IMG/VR virus record: IMGVR_UViG_3300008111_000003 | Strand: one strand, 5' to 3' | Source of the DNA: a virus | DNA: 64,000 nt | Part shown: positions 31,392-41,182 of the stretch, piece after piece | Layout: each line of letters starts with the position of its first letter | How positions within the stretch are numbered: position 1 is the first letter of the stretch | Program-made: the position numbers and the translations under genes | The notes under the pieces: generated by a model | Told to the model about the DNA's origin: nothing | Database searches by the model: none | What the model saw: only the letters and a program-made list of their open reading frames with translations

Positions 31392-33101
31392 TTATTGTGG
31401 AGGTGTAATTGGTGTATCTGATACGGAGCCTTCGCCCTCAGCATGAACTTTATTTTCTAGCTTTCCTGCCGCTCCACCTTCTGGAATATCAAATTTACCA
31501 GCAACATTGAATATAGCAAAAGCATTAATTCTATTATCATCTGATCTAAAAAATCCGAGTTCTGGATCTCTAAGACCCAAAACTGGAACATCTCCATCTA
31601 CCCATCCACCCTCGTTTGTTGGAACATCCGTAAAGATTTTTTCTTGAAATTTTTCACCCTGATGATAACATATGGTTTGATTTAATGGAACTAACCATTG
31701 TTTGCCATAATAGGTTGTGCCTAGATTTTGTACAAATCTATGAATAGCCTCTAAGTCCATTAGTTGTTTTGGTTTGCCCATTTCTGCTCCACCTTGTCTT
31801 GGATTAAGATACATATCCACTAATTTTTTATATTGTTCAGCGTTATTGATATTACCATTAGCCCTAAAAGCTTCTAGAGCTTTTTTTATTTCTTGTTGAC
31901 ACTCTAAATATGTTTGTTTAATAGCGTTATTTAGTGTATTAGCTGGTGGCTGACCCTCATCAACTTTATCAGTTTCTGGATCTAATGCTCTCTTATGCCA
32001 TAAGTCAAAAGAGGCCATTGCTGATCTTATATCTAATTCTGATATTTCATATGGTCCGTTGGGACCAACCTGAAGTGGTCCTGGTGTTGGATCCCCATCC
32101 TCTTCTTCTGGTGGAATATCAGCACCTCTTACGCCACTTAATGGTTGGAATAAACTAGCATTTAGAGCATCTATTCTTTTTCTAATCCAAAATCCAGTTA
32201 CTCCTTTTTTTGCATAGGCGACAACTGGTATTAGTTGATCTCCAGAGATATCTTCGCCAAAAAAGAACTTAAAATTATTTACATAACTAAGATAGTGTTG
32301 TTTTTCTCCAAAAATTAATGTTTTAGTTTTTTCATTTCTTAATTCTTGTCCATAACTTAATTCTGTAGCCTGTCCATTAAACTCAGTAATAATAGAAGCA
32401 AAACTGGGTGGAGGTTGTCTTAAGTCTATTAATCCAACAGAAATAATAGCTCCAGGATTTAGTGTAACATAAAATTCAAAACCTAAAATATCACAAACAT
32501 CTTGCAATAGCTGTAAAATAGTGACAGACGGTCCAGAAACTCGATAGTAGTCTGGTACGTTTTGTGGAAAAGAATTAAAATCTATACTAAACAAAAATCC
32601 TGTGGGACTACATACTATTGGAGACATCTCTTTTAATTTATCGATAATTTTATTATATGGCATACCTCTTTCAGACGAACCAGAATCACCAAATACACTG
32701 CATTGTTCGCTCAATACCTTTCCCTCATATGCCGCATAAACATTAAAGTAATTTACGGAAGTAACCGGAGAACCTAAATAAGAATCAACTATTACTATGC
32801 AATTTTCTAATAATTGTCTAGGATCAGATACCTTCACATTATATGTTTTACCAGAACCACCCTGACTAACTGTCCAATTGGTCAATATTCCGCCAAAACT
32901 AAAACCATAACCAGTATCAAAATAAACGGGCGCGCCAACATCTATTAATCCTGCTATTGGTGAAAAAGCATCTCCTTCTTCGCAGTCGTCTACTAGATCC
33001 ACATTAAGAGTGCTTTCTGTAGCTCCTACTCCTAAACTAGTATTGAATGATAATACAGTAGAGTTCAAAAATTTAATCGGTGATGTTATAATATCAGCCA
33101 T
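31392..33101 (-). CDS. Putative tail hub / baseplate protein
   Basis: Position after tape measure; FSFGGIL..YNVKVSDPR..ILQLLQDVCDILGFEFYV hub-like pattern. Confidence 0.45.
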   Translation of the reverse strand: MADIITSPIKFLNSTVLSFNTSLGVGATESTLNVDLVDDCEEGDAFSPIAGLIDVGAPVYFDTGYGFSFGGILTNWTVSQGGSGKTYNVKVSDPRQLLENCIVIVDSYLGSPVTSVNYFNVYAAYEGKVLSEQCSVFGDSGSSERGMPYNKIIDKLKEMSPIVCSPTGFLFSIDFNSFPQNVPDYYRVSGPSVTILQLLQDVCDILGFEFYVTLNPGAIISVGLIDLRQPPPSFASIITEFNGQATELSYGQELRNEKTKTLIFGEKQHYLSYVNNFKFFFGEDISGDQLIPVVAYAKKGVTGFWIRKRIDALNASLFQPLSGVRGADIPPEEEDGDPTPGPLQVGPNGPYEISELDIRSAMASFDLWHKRALDPETDKVDEGQPPANTLNNAIKQTYLECQQEIKKALEAFRANGNINNAEQYKKLVDMYLNPRQGGAEMGKPKQLMDLEAIHRFVQNLGTTYYGKQWLVPLNQTICYHQGEKFQEKIFTDVPTNEGGWVDGDVPVLGLRDPELGFFRSDDNRINAFAIFNVAGKFDIPEGGAAGKLENKVHAEGEGSVSDTPITPPQ

Positions 33102-34917
33102 TATTTTTATCCTCGTATAATGTACAAGCTGGATTGCATGTATAACTCAAATTAATAGTAAAAGACCCATTTAATGGATTTGAGGTATATTGTTTTTGTG
33201 TTATAGTATATGTTCCTGGTGGTGGCAAGGTGATTGGTAAGTATCCAGCATCATAACAATTTACATCAAAATTATCTAATATATAATCCATATCAATTTT
33301 TGAGGGTTTTCCTTTTGGACTTTTATCTATTCCTTGGATGGTAATTGTTACCTTTTTCGATGTGTATGTACCAAGTTCTTGAATAATCGCACAACTGTTA
33401 CTGTTTGGTATATTAAATACAGCAGTAACTTTTGTAGGATTAGTTATTTGTATCGATATATCTTGAAATTTGGATGAACAATACTTGCTATTAGTATATT
33501 CTATACTATAATTAATAGTACCAGCATTATAATCGTGTGTCAAGTTAAAAGTACTAGGATGTGGTGGATCCGGTATGCAATCCTGAATTTGTGGTGTTGT
33601 ACCTAGTTTATCTGCGGTTATTCCTAAATTATCTTTATATTGCTTCTTTAAGTCTCTTTTATCGCATTCTCCAGTATTATTCCCATAAACTTGTATCAGC
33701 TTATCTAATAAATTTTTAGCATTATTATACTTATTACTATTGGCCTCTCTGTGTATAAATAGATTTCCTTTATTTGGTAATTCTATTGGAGTTGGATTAT
33801 TAATAATTCCACCTTCTATTAATCCTTCAATAGTGCCATTAAGACTTATACTAATATTTTTCTTATTAGATTCCATTGTATTTTTAATAGACTTATTAAT
33901 TGTGTGTTTAGTTTCCGGCGAACTCCAAGCTCCGTGAGTATTGGTTGTTTTTACAATAGCTGTATATGTTGCAGAAAAGGAGCCCTCGGATTCTGAAATA
34001 TCACATGAAATTTTTTCATTAAATACCTTATATTCCGCTAATCCGCCCATAAGTCCTGATCCACTAGGGACTATGTTATTGGATAGGGTTTGCAAGCCAC
34101 TACATGCTGAAATACTGTTATCTTTCAGTACATTCTGAATCAGTCCTTTTACTTGTGTGAATAATCTTTCTTGCACAAAATTTTTAGCTTGTTCATATGC
34201 TGGTAATAATTTAGCATCGTGATTTGTTGTAGAATCTTCTGTTTCATTATAATCCCAATGATGTTTGCCAGTAGCAGAAATAGTGTACTGAATATTAAAT
34301 GCACTATTATTAATATTCATATCTATATTTTCATCATTTTTTCGTAATTTATTAAATGCTTCATTTTCATCAAAAGTAAAAGACCAACTATCACTAAATA
34401 TCTTTAATTTATATTTATCTAATAAGAAACTATAGCTAGAATTATCTAGAAAAACAGAACAGTTATCCGAAGAAGGAGTGTCTCCAAAATCAATGTGGTT
34501 GAACTCTATAGAAGCACTATATTCAGCATAGTGTATCCAGTTATTACTCGATGGTTCTATACTAAAAGATCTAAGTATACCACCCCTGGCTCTAAGAATA
34601 TGTGTTGAATTAGTATCGTTTTTAATAACATGTAAAACACTACCATTTTGACTAAGTATTTTTCTAAGAGTATGTATATGATCAATCACAGCACCAATGC
34701 CGTAAGTTTCACTTTCTACCACAGCATTGTCTGTATGATTTCTTAGATCAAGTCCAGTAATAACACCTTTTAAATTAATAATATATGTATATCCTATAAT
34801 AGTTTCATTACTATAGTTGAATTCTACAGAAATATCCATATCTGGCGCTGGAATTAGCCTATTCTCATTTTTTATAGGCCCATAATATATTTTGATATCT
34901 GGTTTATATGTACTCAT
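33094..34917 (-). CDS. Putative distal tail protein, paralog B
   Basis: Colinear similarity to 34924-36669 (IIGYTY, ISATGK, SESEGSFS). Confidence 0.55.
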   Translation of the reverse strand: MSTYKPDIKIYYGPIKNENRLIPAPDMDISVEFNYSNETIIGYTYIINLKGVITGLDLRNHTDNAVVESETYGIGAVIDHIHTLRKILSQNGSVLHVIKNDTNSTHILRARGGILRSFSIEPSSNNWIHYAEYSASIEFNHIDFGDTPSSDNCSVFLDNSSYSFLLDKYKLKIFSDSWSFTFDENEAFNKLRKNDENIDMNINNSAFNIQYTISATGKHHWDYNETEDSTTNHDAKLLPAYEQAKNFVQERLFTQVKGLIQNVLKDNSISACSGLQTLSNNIVPSGSGLMGGLAEYKVFNEKISCDISESEGSFSATYTAIVKTTNTHGAWSSPETKHTINKSIKNTMESNKKNISISLNGTIEGLIEGGIINNPTPIELPNKGNLFIHREANSNKYNNAKNLLDKLIQVYGNNTGECDKRDLKKQYKDNLGITADKLGTTPQIQDCIPDPPHPSTFNLTHDYNAGTINYSIEYTNSKYCSSKFQDISIQITNPTKVTAVFNIPNSNSCAIIQELGTYTSKKVTITIQGIDKSPKGKPSKIDMDYILDNFDVNCYDAGYLPITLPPPGTYTITQKQYTSNPLNGSFTINLSYTCNPACTLYEDKNNG

Positions 34918-34923
34918 ATACGT

Positions 34924-36669
34924 TTACCTTGACACATATTCTAAGGAAATACTATACGAACCGTCGAGCATATTATGATTGTAATCTTCTTTGGTTTTGA
35001 TCCAATTATTATTATTTAGATTAATTAGATCATCTATGTTAGACATTGGAATTTCAAAAGGACTATTACAAAAATCATCAATATTGCATCTTCTATTAGA
35101 TGGTGATGCTCCTTCTATTGATATGGATATGGTTCTTGATGTTTTCATGCCTAAATTTTGGATTATTGGTCCGCCAATACGACCAGGAACCACAAACTCC
35201 TGTATAATATCAACAGGATCGTTTCTAACTATACTTATATTATTAAATCCCGAATCTATCGATAATGTATTAGCTCTATCATAAGTAGCATTGTATGTAA
35301 TAGTACCATTATGATAATTATGATCTAGACTAAAATTAGATGGTTTTGGATATTCTCCTGTGGCATTAGGAACATCTATAAATAATGCTGCTTTATTTAT
35401 ACCTAATTTATTTTTAATATCATCTCTAAGATCAGAAGTGTCACCAACATTATCTATATAGTAACTATAAGCATTGCTGTATTTACTTTCTAATCCACTA
35501 ACGCTAGTGATTAAAGTGCCAGTTTGTGGTAATATAAAATCACTAACATTATAATATATAAATCCTCCTCTAACTAATCCTGTTATGGTCCCTTGTATGG
35601 CCAAGGATGCAGTTTTACCACCTCCATCATTTCCTTCATTATCTGTTTTACTAAAAGTGTGCAATGCCGCATTAGACAGTGGATTCTTGGTTTTATCATA
35701 TCTCTTTATTAAAGCTTCATACTGAATAGAGAATGTTCCATCTGACTCCGAAGTATTACATGTAATTTTTTCATTATATACATCATATAAAGGATTAGTT
35801 CCACAGTCCTTTATAGTTTCAAAGGTGTTAGCATCCATAGAGTCAAACATTCCAGATTCTCGTGGAAGAACACCAGATGCTGAAAGTTTGTGCAAAATAG
35901 ATATATTTCTGGTGGCATCACAACTAGAAATAATATCTTTTTCAATAGGCAGAATGCCCTGAATAAGATTATTTATTTGTTTATATAGCTTATCTTGTAC
36001 AAACAGTCTGGCTTGTTGCCATGCTGGTACTATTTTATCATTCACATAATACTGTTTACCTGTGGCAGATATGTCATAATTTACTCTAAAAGTATTGTTA
36101 TAAAATCCCAGCGATTGATTATAGATATCATCTTCTATATTAATAGTCCATTGATCATTAAATGCTTTTATTTTAAATTTTTTGAAGTCTACTAAATGAT
36201 CTGAAACCACATTATAGTTTTGCAGTTGGTGAAAAATACTAGTATCACAAGAAATATTTGGGTTGCCAGAACATCCTGTAAGATTGACCTCATTAAATTC
36301 TAATTCTATGGTAAAGGGAGAGTAATTGATCCACTTATCATCAGATTGATTAAACTGAATAGTTTTTATACTAGCGCCACTAGCGGCGAATATAGTACTA
36401 TCTCCATCTTTTACTAATAAATTTTTACCATTAAGATTAAATATCTCGGTAATCGTTTTGATATGATCAACAGTATATTCTGGCCCGTACTGTAAATTAC
36501 TATTCTCTGATGGTATACCTGTAGCCGCAATAGCATTTGCATATCCGTTTAATGTAACATTATATGTATATCCTATGATATTATCATTAGCATAATAAAT
36601 TTCAGGATTAATTGAAATCGACGGTGCGGGTTTTATAATTTTATTATTATAACTAACTATAATAGACAT
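34924..36669 (-). CDS. Putative distal tail protein, paralog A
   Basis: Start reassigned to MSIIVSYNNK (ATG 36669, directly after the tape-measure stop); paralog of next gene. Confidence 0.55.
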   Translation of the reverse strand: MSIIVSYNNKIIKPAPSISINPEIYYANDNIIGYTYNVTLNGYANAIAATGIPSENSNLQYGPEYTVDHIKTITEIFNLNGKNLLVKDGDSTIFAASGASIKTIQFNQSDDKWINYSPFTIELEFNEVNLTGCSGNPNISCDTSIFHQLQNYNVVSDHLVDFKKFKIKAFNDQWTINIEDDIYNQSLGFYNNTFRVNYDISATGKQYYVNDKIVPAWQQARLFVQDKLYKQINNLIQGILPIEKDIISSCDATRNISILHKLSASGVLPRESGMFDSMDANTFETIKDCGTNPLYDVYNEKITCNTSESDGTFSIQYEALIKRYDKTKNPLSNAALHTFSKTDNEGNDGGGKTASLAIQGTITGLVRGGFIYYNVSDFILPQTGTLITSVSGLESKYSNAYSYYIDNVGDTSDLRDDIKNKLGINKAALFIDVPNATGEYPKPSNFSLDHNYHNGTITYNATYDRANTLSIDSGFNNISIVRNDPVDIIQEFVVPGRIGGPIIQNLGMKTSRTISISIEGASPSNRRCNIDDFCNSPFEIPMSNIDDLINLNNNNWIKTKEDYNHNMLDGSYSISLEYVSR

Positions 36670-36670
36670 T

Positions 36671-39600
36671 TTATTTATTTCCCTTGGATGATGGTTTTGA
36701 TCCTGGTCTAACTCCCAATGCACCACCAGTAGTATTCCAGAGAGATGCCATTTTTTCACTAACAACGGTATTAATCATATCTTTGATACCTTGTTGTAGA
36801 GCTTCAAAAGCTGCTGCTCCACTAACTCGAACATCAACCACATGATTACCTTCCATCTTAATAGATTCTGGTATAGTTGGGAATTGAAAACTAACTAATT
36901 GATTAACATATTCACCAAATTTAGCATTGAACTCATTCAATCCTTTTAGCGATGCTGGATCTAGAGTTAGTAATTGACCAGTTTGTTCTGTGGGCTGAGT
37001 TGTTGTGAAGGCTGTTTGTCTTCTAACTTGATTATCGTTTTGTACAGTTTGTGGTAAACTTGAGGGGACTGGTGGTGATGAAACTGGACTACCATAACGA
37101 GAAACAGATTCGGTTGCTGGTTGAACTGCATTGTCTACAGATAGTGCATTTTGTTCTTGACTAGTTAGTGTTTCTCCTGCTGCTTTTCTACGTCTCAATT
37201 CATCCATATCTTTTTGGTGTTGTTGTGCAATAACACCGGCTCTATTCATAGCTTCTTGTTGCTGTGGTGTTAATTGGGATAATGCGGTTTGAGAAACTTG
37301 AACTTCTGGTTTAGTTCCACTAACTGTTGCGGATATCTGGCCTTCTTGTTGTGGTTTTAATATTTGTTCTTGTTCTGAAATTAGCATATTTTGTTTTTCT
37401 AATGTTTTTTTATCAAGATCTACTTGTCTTTGGGCTTCTTCAACATTCTTATTGCCCTTTAGAGTTCCAGCGCCCATAGCAGCAATTCTAGCATATTTTA
37501 AGCGTTTTTCATTTTTTGCTAATTGTTTTTTTCTATCATCTCTAATTTTGCTAATTCTTGATATTTCAGATTTTGCTATCTTTTCTAGTTCTTGTTTCGC
37601 TTTCGCTTTTCGTTGCTCGCTTGGAGATAATTGAGCTGTTGTTGTTGATGGTGTGGTACTAGTTGTTGTTTGTGGTTTTTGTTGAGCGGAAGTCTGTTGT
37701 AGTCTTTTTCTAATTTCTTCTTTTCTCTTGTTTAACTCATCTAGAGTTGCTGGTGGATTTTGTCTAGCTTGCGCACTTTGAGCTGTTGCTGTGGATACTC
37801 TTTGTGCTCTGGTTGCATCTTCTTGTTTTTTCTGTTCAGCCTTGGTTTTTTCTTTTTCTTGCTTCTCTTGCTGTATCATAGTATCAGCAGCAGCAGATTC
37901 GGCTTCAGCTTGTTGCTTAATTGTTTTTTGTGTATCTCTCTTGCGTTTTAGATCTTTAAGTTCACGTTCTTTAATAGCAACTTCTGTTGATGCTCCTTGT
38001 TCCCATCCTAATTTACTTTTTGCTTTTGTAACCTCTGTTTCTTTATCTTTAATTTTTTGATCTAATTTAGCTGTCTGTTTTTCAGCATCTTGTTTTTTCT
38101 TTTCCGCTTCTGCTTTGGCACTTTCTGCTTTGGATGTTGGTTTAGTCTCTGGTTTAGTCTCTGCATCAGTTCTTGCATCTTTAACAGCTTCTGTTAATAT
38201 TCTGGGAAATTCTGTGGCTAAAAATGTTTGTAAGCCGATCATGGCTTCTTGAATATGTAGTGCTTGTAATTCATTAAGCATAGCAAGCTCTTCATTCGCC
38301 TTGACTTGAGTTGCAACAGCTTCTCTATAAGCTTTAACATTTGGGTCCTCTTCACTAACACCACCTTCGATACGTTTGATAAAATCATCCACGGTCATGC
38401 TAATTCCGCCCTTTTGAATCATACTTTGTCCAGTAAGACCTTGGGCTTCTAAACTTTTTCTCATCAACATACCACGTTGTTTACGATATTCCTCTGTGCT
38501 AAGGAACTCTTTATCTTGTTCTAGTCCGGCAAAAGCATCTTGCCTGAAAGTTCTACTCTTAAATTGTTCTGCTCCAGCAGTTTTAGCCAATTCAAGCGCT
38601 GCTGATTGTCTATTCATCTTGAACAGTTCTTCTGGACCAGAAGTAAATATTTTTTCGAATCTATTTCCTATGCCCTCTATTTGACGTTGTTGTTCCTGAA
38701 TTTTAGATAATGCATTAGCCGCTTTAGTACCATCATTAGCTAATTTTTCCAGTGCTTGTCTACCTTCATTTATAGCTACGTTATTAGCTCCAATAGCAGC
38801 AATATTTTTTTGTTGTTCTGCTAAGAGCTGCGCGCCAGCATCAGGTCCACCACCAGCCATACCCACATTACCCAGCGTTACATTAGCAGCTTGTAATTGT
38901 TGATTTTGTGCTGTTGCGGCTACTATACCATTAGCTATTGCTGTTGGATCAGTTGTTCCGCCAGGCACAAGACCCTGTGTGAGATTTCTAACCTCAAAAT
39001 CAAACGGTTCATTCAGCTGTTGTAATGTTGGACTATTACCTAGCGCTTTGGCCAAATCTAGCTCTGCATTAATTCTAATTGATCCGGCTTTACGCATATA
39101 CTCGTTACTTTGCATTATAACCTGATTATATTGATTTTGTAGATCAATACTCTGTTGTAAAGCATCATTATAAGTTTTAGATAGATTTTGTAAAGTTTTA
39201 GCCGCTTCAGCTGCTGTTGATGATAATTTGTCTATACCACCCTGAGCTATTTCATCTGCTAATGTTCCTAATCCTCCCTCTCTTTCTTTACCCATTTGAA
39301 TTTCTAGATCTTTTAGCATCTGATTAACAGCATCTCCACCTATGCCCATTGTACCCATTTGATCTCGTAAACTCTTAATAATATCTCCAGCATCAGCTCC
39401 AGGGGCCCTTAGCATTGCTGGTAATTTATCTTGTAAAAATTTTGCGGCTTGGGCTTGTTGTCCAAGATTTTTAGCTTCTTCAGTGCCTCCAAGTTTGCCT
39501 ACCATCTCATCTGTAGCCATCTTAACTTGATCAGACGAATAAGCGGCCATATTACCAAGGATTCTTTCTGATCCACTACGATCAACTTTCTGAACACTGG

Positions 39601-41164
39601 CTTTACCTCCCAAACTATCAATTGTTGATTGGGTTTTATCCATCATATCAGAAATTTCATCGCCAAATTTTTGAGCTCTGGCTCCAACTCGTCTATAAAC
39701 ATCTAATAAGCTTTCGGTAGCTAGTGCTATTTCTTTTGTTGAACGAGCTAATAATTGTTGTTTAGCAAAAAGTTCTCCTTGAACTCTTACTGCTTCTTGG
39801 CCTTCTTTAATCGCAGCAGATCTATTTGATGAAATTTCCTTAGTTATTTGCTCATCTGTTGCTCCGGACTCTTTTCTCTTTTTCATATAGGCATCAAGAG
39901 CCGCTCTTTCTTTTGCTTGAGCTGTAATAGCTTTTTCTTGTGCTGCTGTAAGTTGTTTTGTTCCATTTGCTGCTTCTGCTGCTTTGAGAGCTCCTTGAAC
40001 ATATTGATCAACAATAGGATTAAGTTCTCCGGTACCATTTTTAAGACTATCAAATATTTTTCCAAGTTCCTCAGTTGACTTGCCTTTCATCTGAGTTTCT
40101 GCAAGTTTAACTGCGGATTCTTGTCGTTGTCCTGCTCCACTAACCATTACTCCCATAGCTTCAGTGCGTTGAGCTTCTGATGGAGTAGATAAATAGTCCA
40201 TTAGCATTCCACCGGGACTAAGACCAAAACCAGTTTGTAATCCGCCCATAAGTATTTTACCAATATCGCCTTCTTTAATTCCAGATGATAGTTGATCGGT
40301 ACCACTAGATAAGGTAGAACCGATATTTTCAAAACCAACTTTACTGAATGCTATAGACTCAATATCTTTGCTTGCATCTAGTACTGAACCAAATGCTTTT
40401 TGAGCATTTTGGAAATTAACATCACTAGCATCAGCATCTAATTTCTTAAATGCTTCATCTAGATTTCCAGTACTTTTAGCCATATTTTCTAAAGCATTAG
40501 TGAATATAGCTTGATTTTTAGCACTAAACCAACCATTAATACCACCAATAAGAGCGCCTCCTATACCACCAATCAAAGTACCTATTGGTCCAGCAAAAGA
40601 TCCTAACTGAGCACCCATAGCAGCTCCAGCACCGGCTCCACCAAGTGCGCCCAAAGCTCCAGCAGTATTAGGGTCCGATGTTACTGATTTTGGTAAAAGT
40701 TGTTTAAGACCTTCTGCCCCAACAGCAACAGCGCTTCCTATACCACCAAATCCACCCATCTTAGCAAAAAGTTGACTACCAGCCCCTCCTTTGCCACTGA
40801 TAAAATCTGCCCCAGTTCCAAGTGCTTTACCAACACGAGTTCCAGCAAATGATTTGGTTAATCCTGGAGCAAACTGAGCAAAAGCGCCAAATCTTTGACC
40901 CTCTCTACTTTGAACAAATTCTTGAGTCTTAGCCATTCTAGCATTAACGCCACGCTCACCAAATTGTCTTTCTAATAACCCAATATCTGTGCCAGTTTCT
41001 TTAGATACTTGGGCTCTGGCCGCAGCTTGTGCTTCTGTTCGTGAAAGTCCTCCATTTTTTCCTGTGCCTTGTACCGCTTTATTCAAAGCTTCTTGAGCTG
41101 ATTGTAAATTACCAGTTGATAATTCTTGTGCTACTTCTTTAGCTCCTGCTGCTAATTTATCCAT
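36671..41164 (-). CDS. Tape measure protein, C-terminal part (in frame with upstream part)
   Basis: Gly/Ala-rich hydrophobic segment (GAAMGAQLGSFAGPIGTLIGG) and long coiled coils; only TGA plus 6 sense codons separate it from the N-part. Confidence 0.75.
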   Translation of the reverse strand: MDKLAAGAKEVAQELSTGNLQSAQEALNKAVQGTGKNGGLSRTEAQAAARAQVSKETGTDIGLLERQFGERGVNARMAKTQEFVQSREGQRFGAFAQFAPGLTKSFAGTRVGKALGTGADFISGKGGAGSQLFAKMGGFGGIGSAVAVGAEGLKQLLPKSVTSDPNTAGALGALGGAGAGAAMGAQLGSFAGPIGTLIGGIGGALIGGINGWFSAKNQAIFTNALENMAKSTGNLDEAFKKLDADASDVNFQNAQKAFGSVLDASKDIESIAFSKVGFENIGSTLSSGTDQLSSGIKEGDIGKILMGGLQTGFGLSPGGMLMDYLSTPSEAQRTEAMGVMVSGAGQRQESAVKLAETQMKGKSTEELGKIFDSLKNGTGELNPIVDQYVQGALKAAEAANGTKQLTAAQEKAITAQAKERAALDAYMKKRKESGATDEQITKEISSNRSAAIKEGQEAVRVQGELFAKQQLLARSTKEIALATESLLDVYRRVGARAQKFGDEISDMMDKTQSTIDSLGGKASVQKVDRSGSERILGNMAAYSSDQVKMATDEMVGKLGGTEEAKNLGQQAQAAKFLQDKLPAMLRAPGADAGDIIKSLRDQMGTMGIGGDAVNQMLKDLEIQMGKEREGGLGTLADEIAQGGIDKLSSTAAEAAKTLQNLSKTYNDALQQSIDLQNQYNQVIMQSNEYMRKAGSIRINAELDLAKALGNSPTLQQLNEPFDFEVRNLTQGLVPGGTTDPTAIANGIVAATAQNQQLQAANVTLGNVGMAGGGPDAGAQLLAEQQKNIAAIGANNVAINEGRQALEKLANDGTKAANALSKIQEQQRQIEGIGNRFEKIFTSGPEELFKMNRQSAALELAKTAGAEQFKSRTFRQDAFAGLEQDKEFLSTEEYRKQRGMLMRKSLEAQGLTGQSMIQKGGISMTVDDFIKRIEGGVSEEDPNVKAYREAVATQVKANEELAMLNELQALHIQEAMIGLQTFLATEFPRILTEAVKDARTDAETKPETKPTSKAESAKAEAEKKKQDAEKQTAKLDQKIKDKETEVTKAKSKLGWEQGASTEVAIKERELKDLKRKRDTQKTIKQQAEAESAAADTMIQQEKQEKEKTKAEQKKQEDATRAQRVSTATAQSAQARQNPPATLDELNKRKEEIRKRLQQTSAQQKPQTTTSTTPSTTTAQLSPSEQRKAKAKQELEKIAKSEISRISKIRDDRKKQLAKNEKRLKYARIAAMGAGTLKGNKNVEEAQRQVDLDKKTLEKQNMLISEQEQILKPQQEGQISATVSGTKPEVQVSQTALSQLTPQQQEAMNRAGVIAQQHQKDMDELRRRKAAGETLTSQEQNALSVDNAVQPATESVSRYGSPVSSPPVPSSLPQTVQNDNQVRRQTAFTTTQPTEQTGQLLTLDPASLKGLNEFNAKFGEYVNQLVSFQFPTIPESIKMEGNHVVDVRVSGAAAFEALQQGIKDMINTVVSEKMASLWNTTGGALGVRPGSKPSSKGNK

Positions 41165-41182
41165 ACCATCTTTAGTAGCAGC

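Noticed and set aside
36669-36765. Tracked N-terminal extension of the 613-aa ORF (similarly the tracked starts at 1752, 8868, 9610 and 54674)
   Set aside because: These upstream starts overlap prior genes or promoter motifs; downstream ATGs fit RBS position or domain boundaries better.
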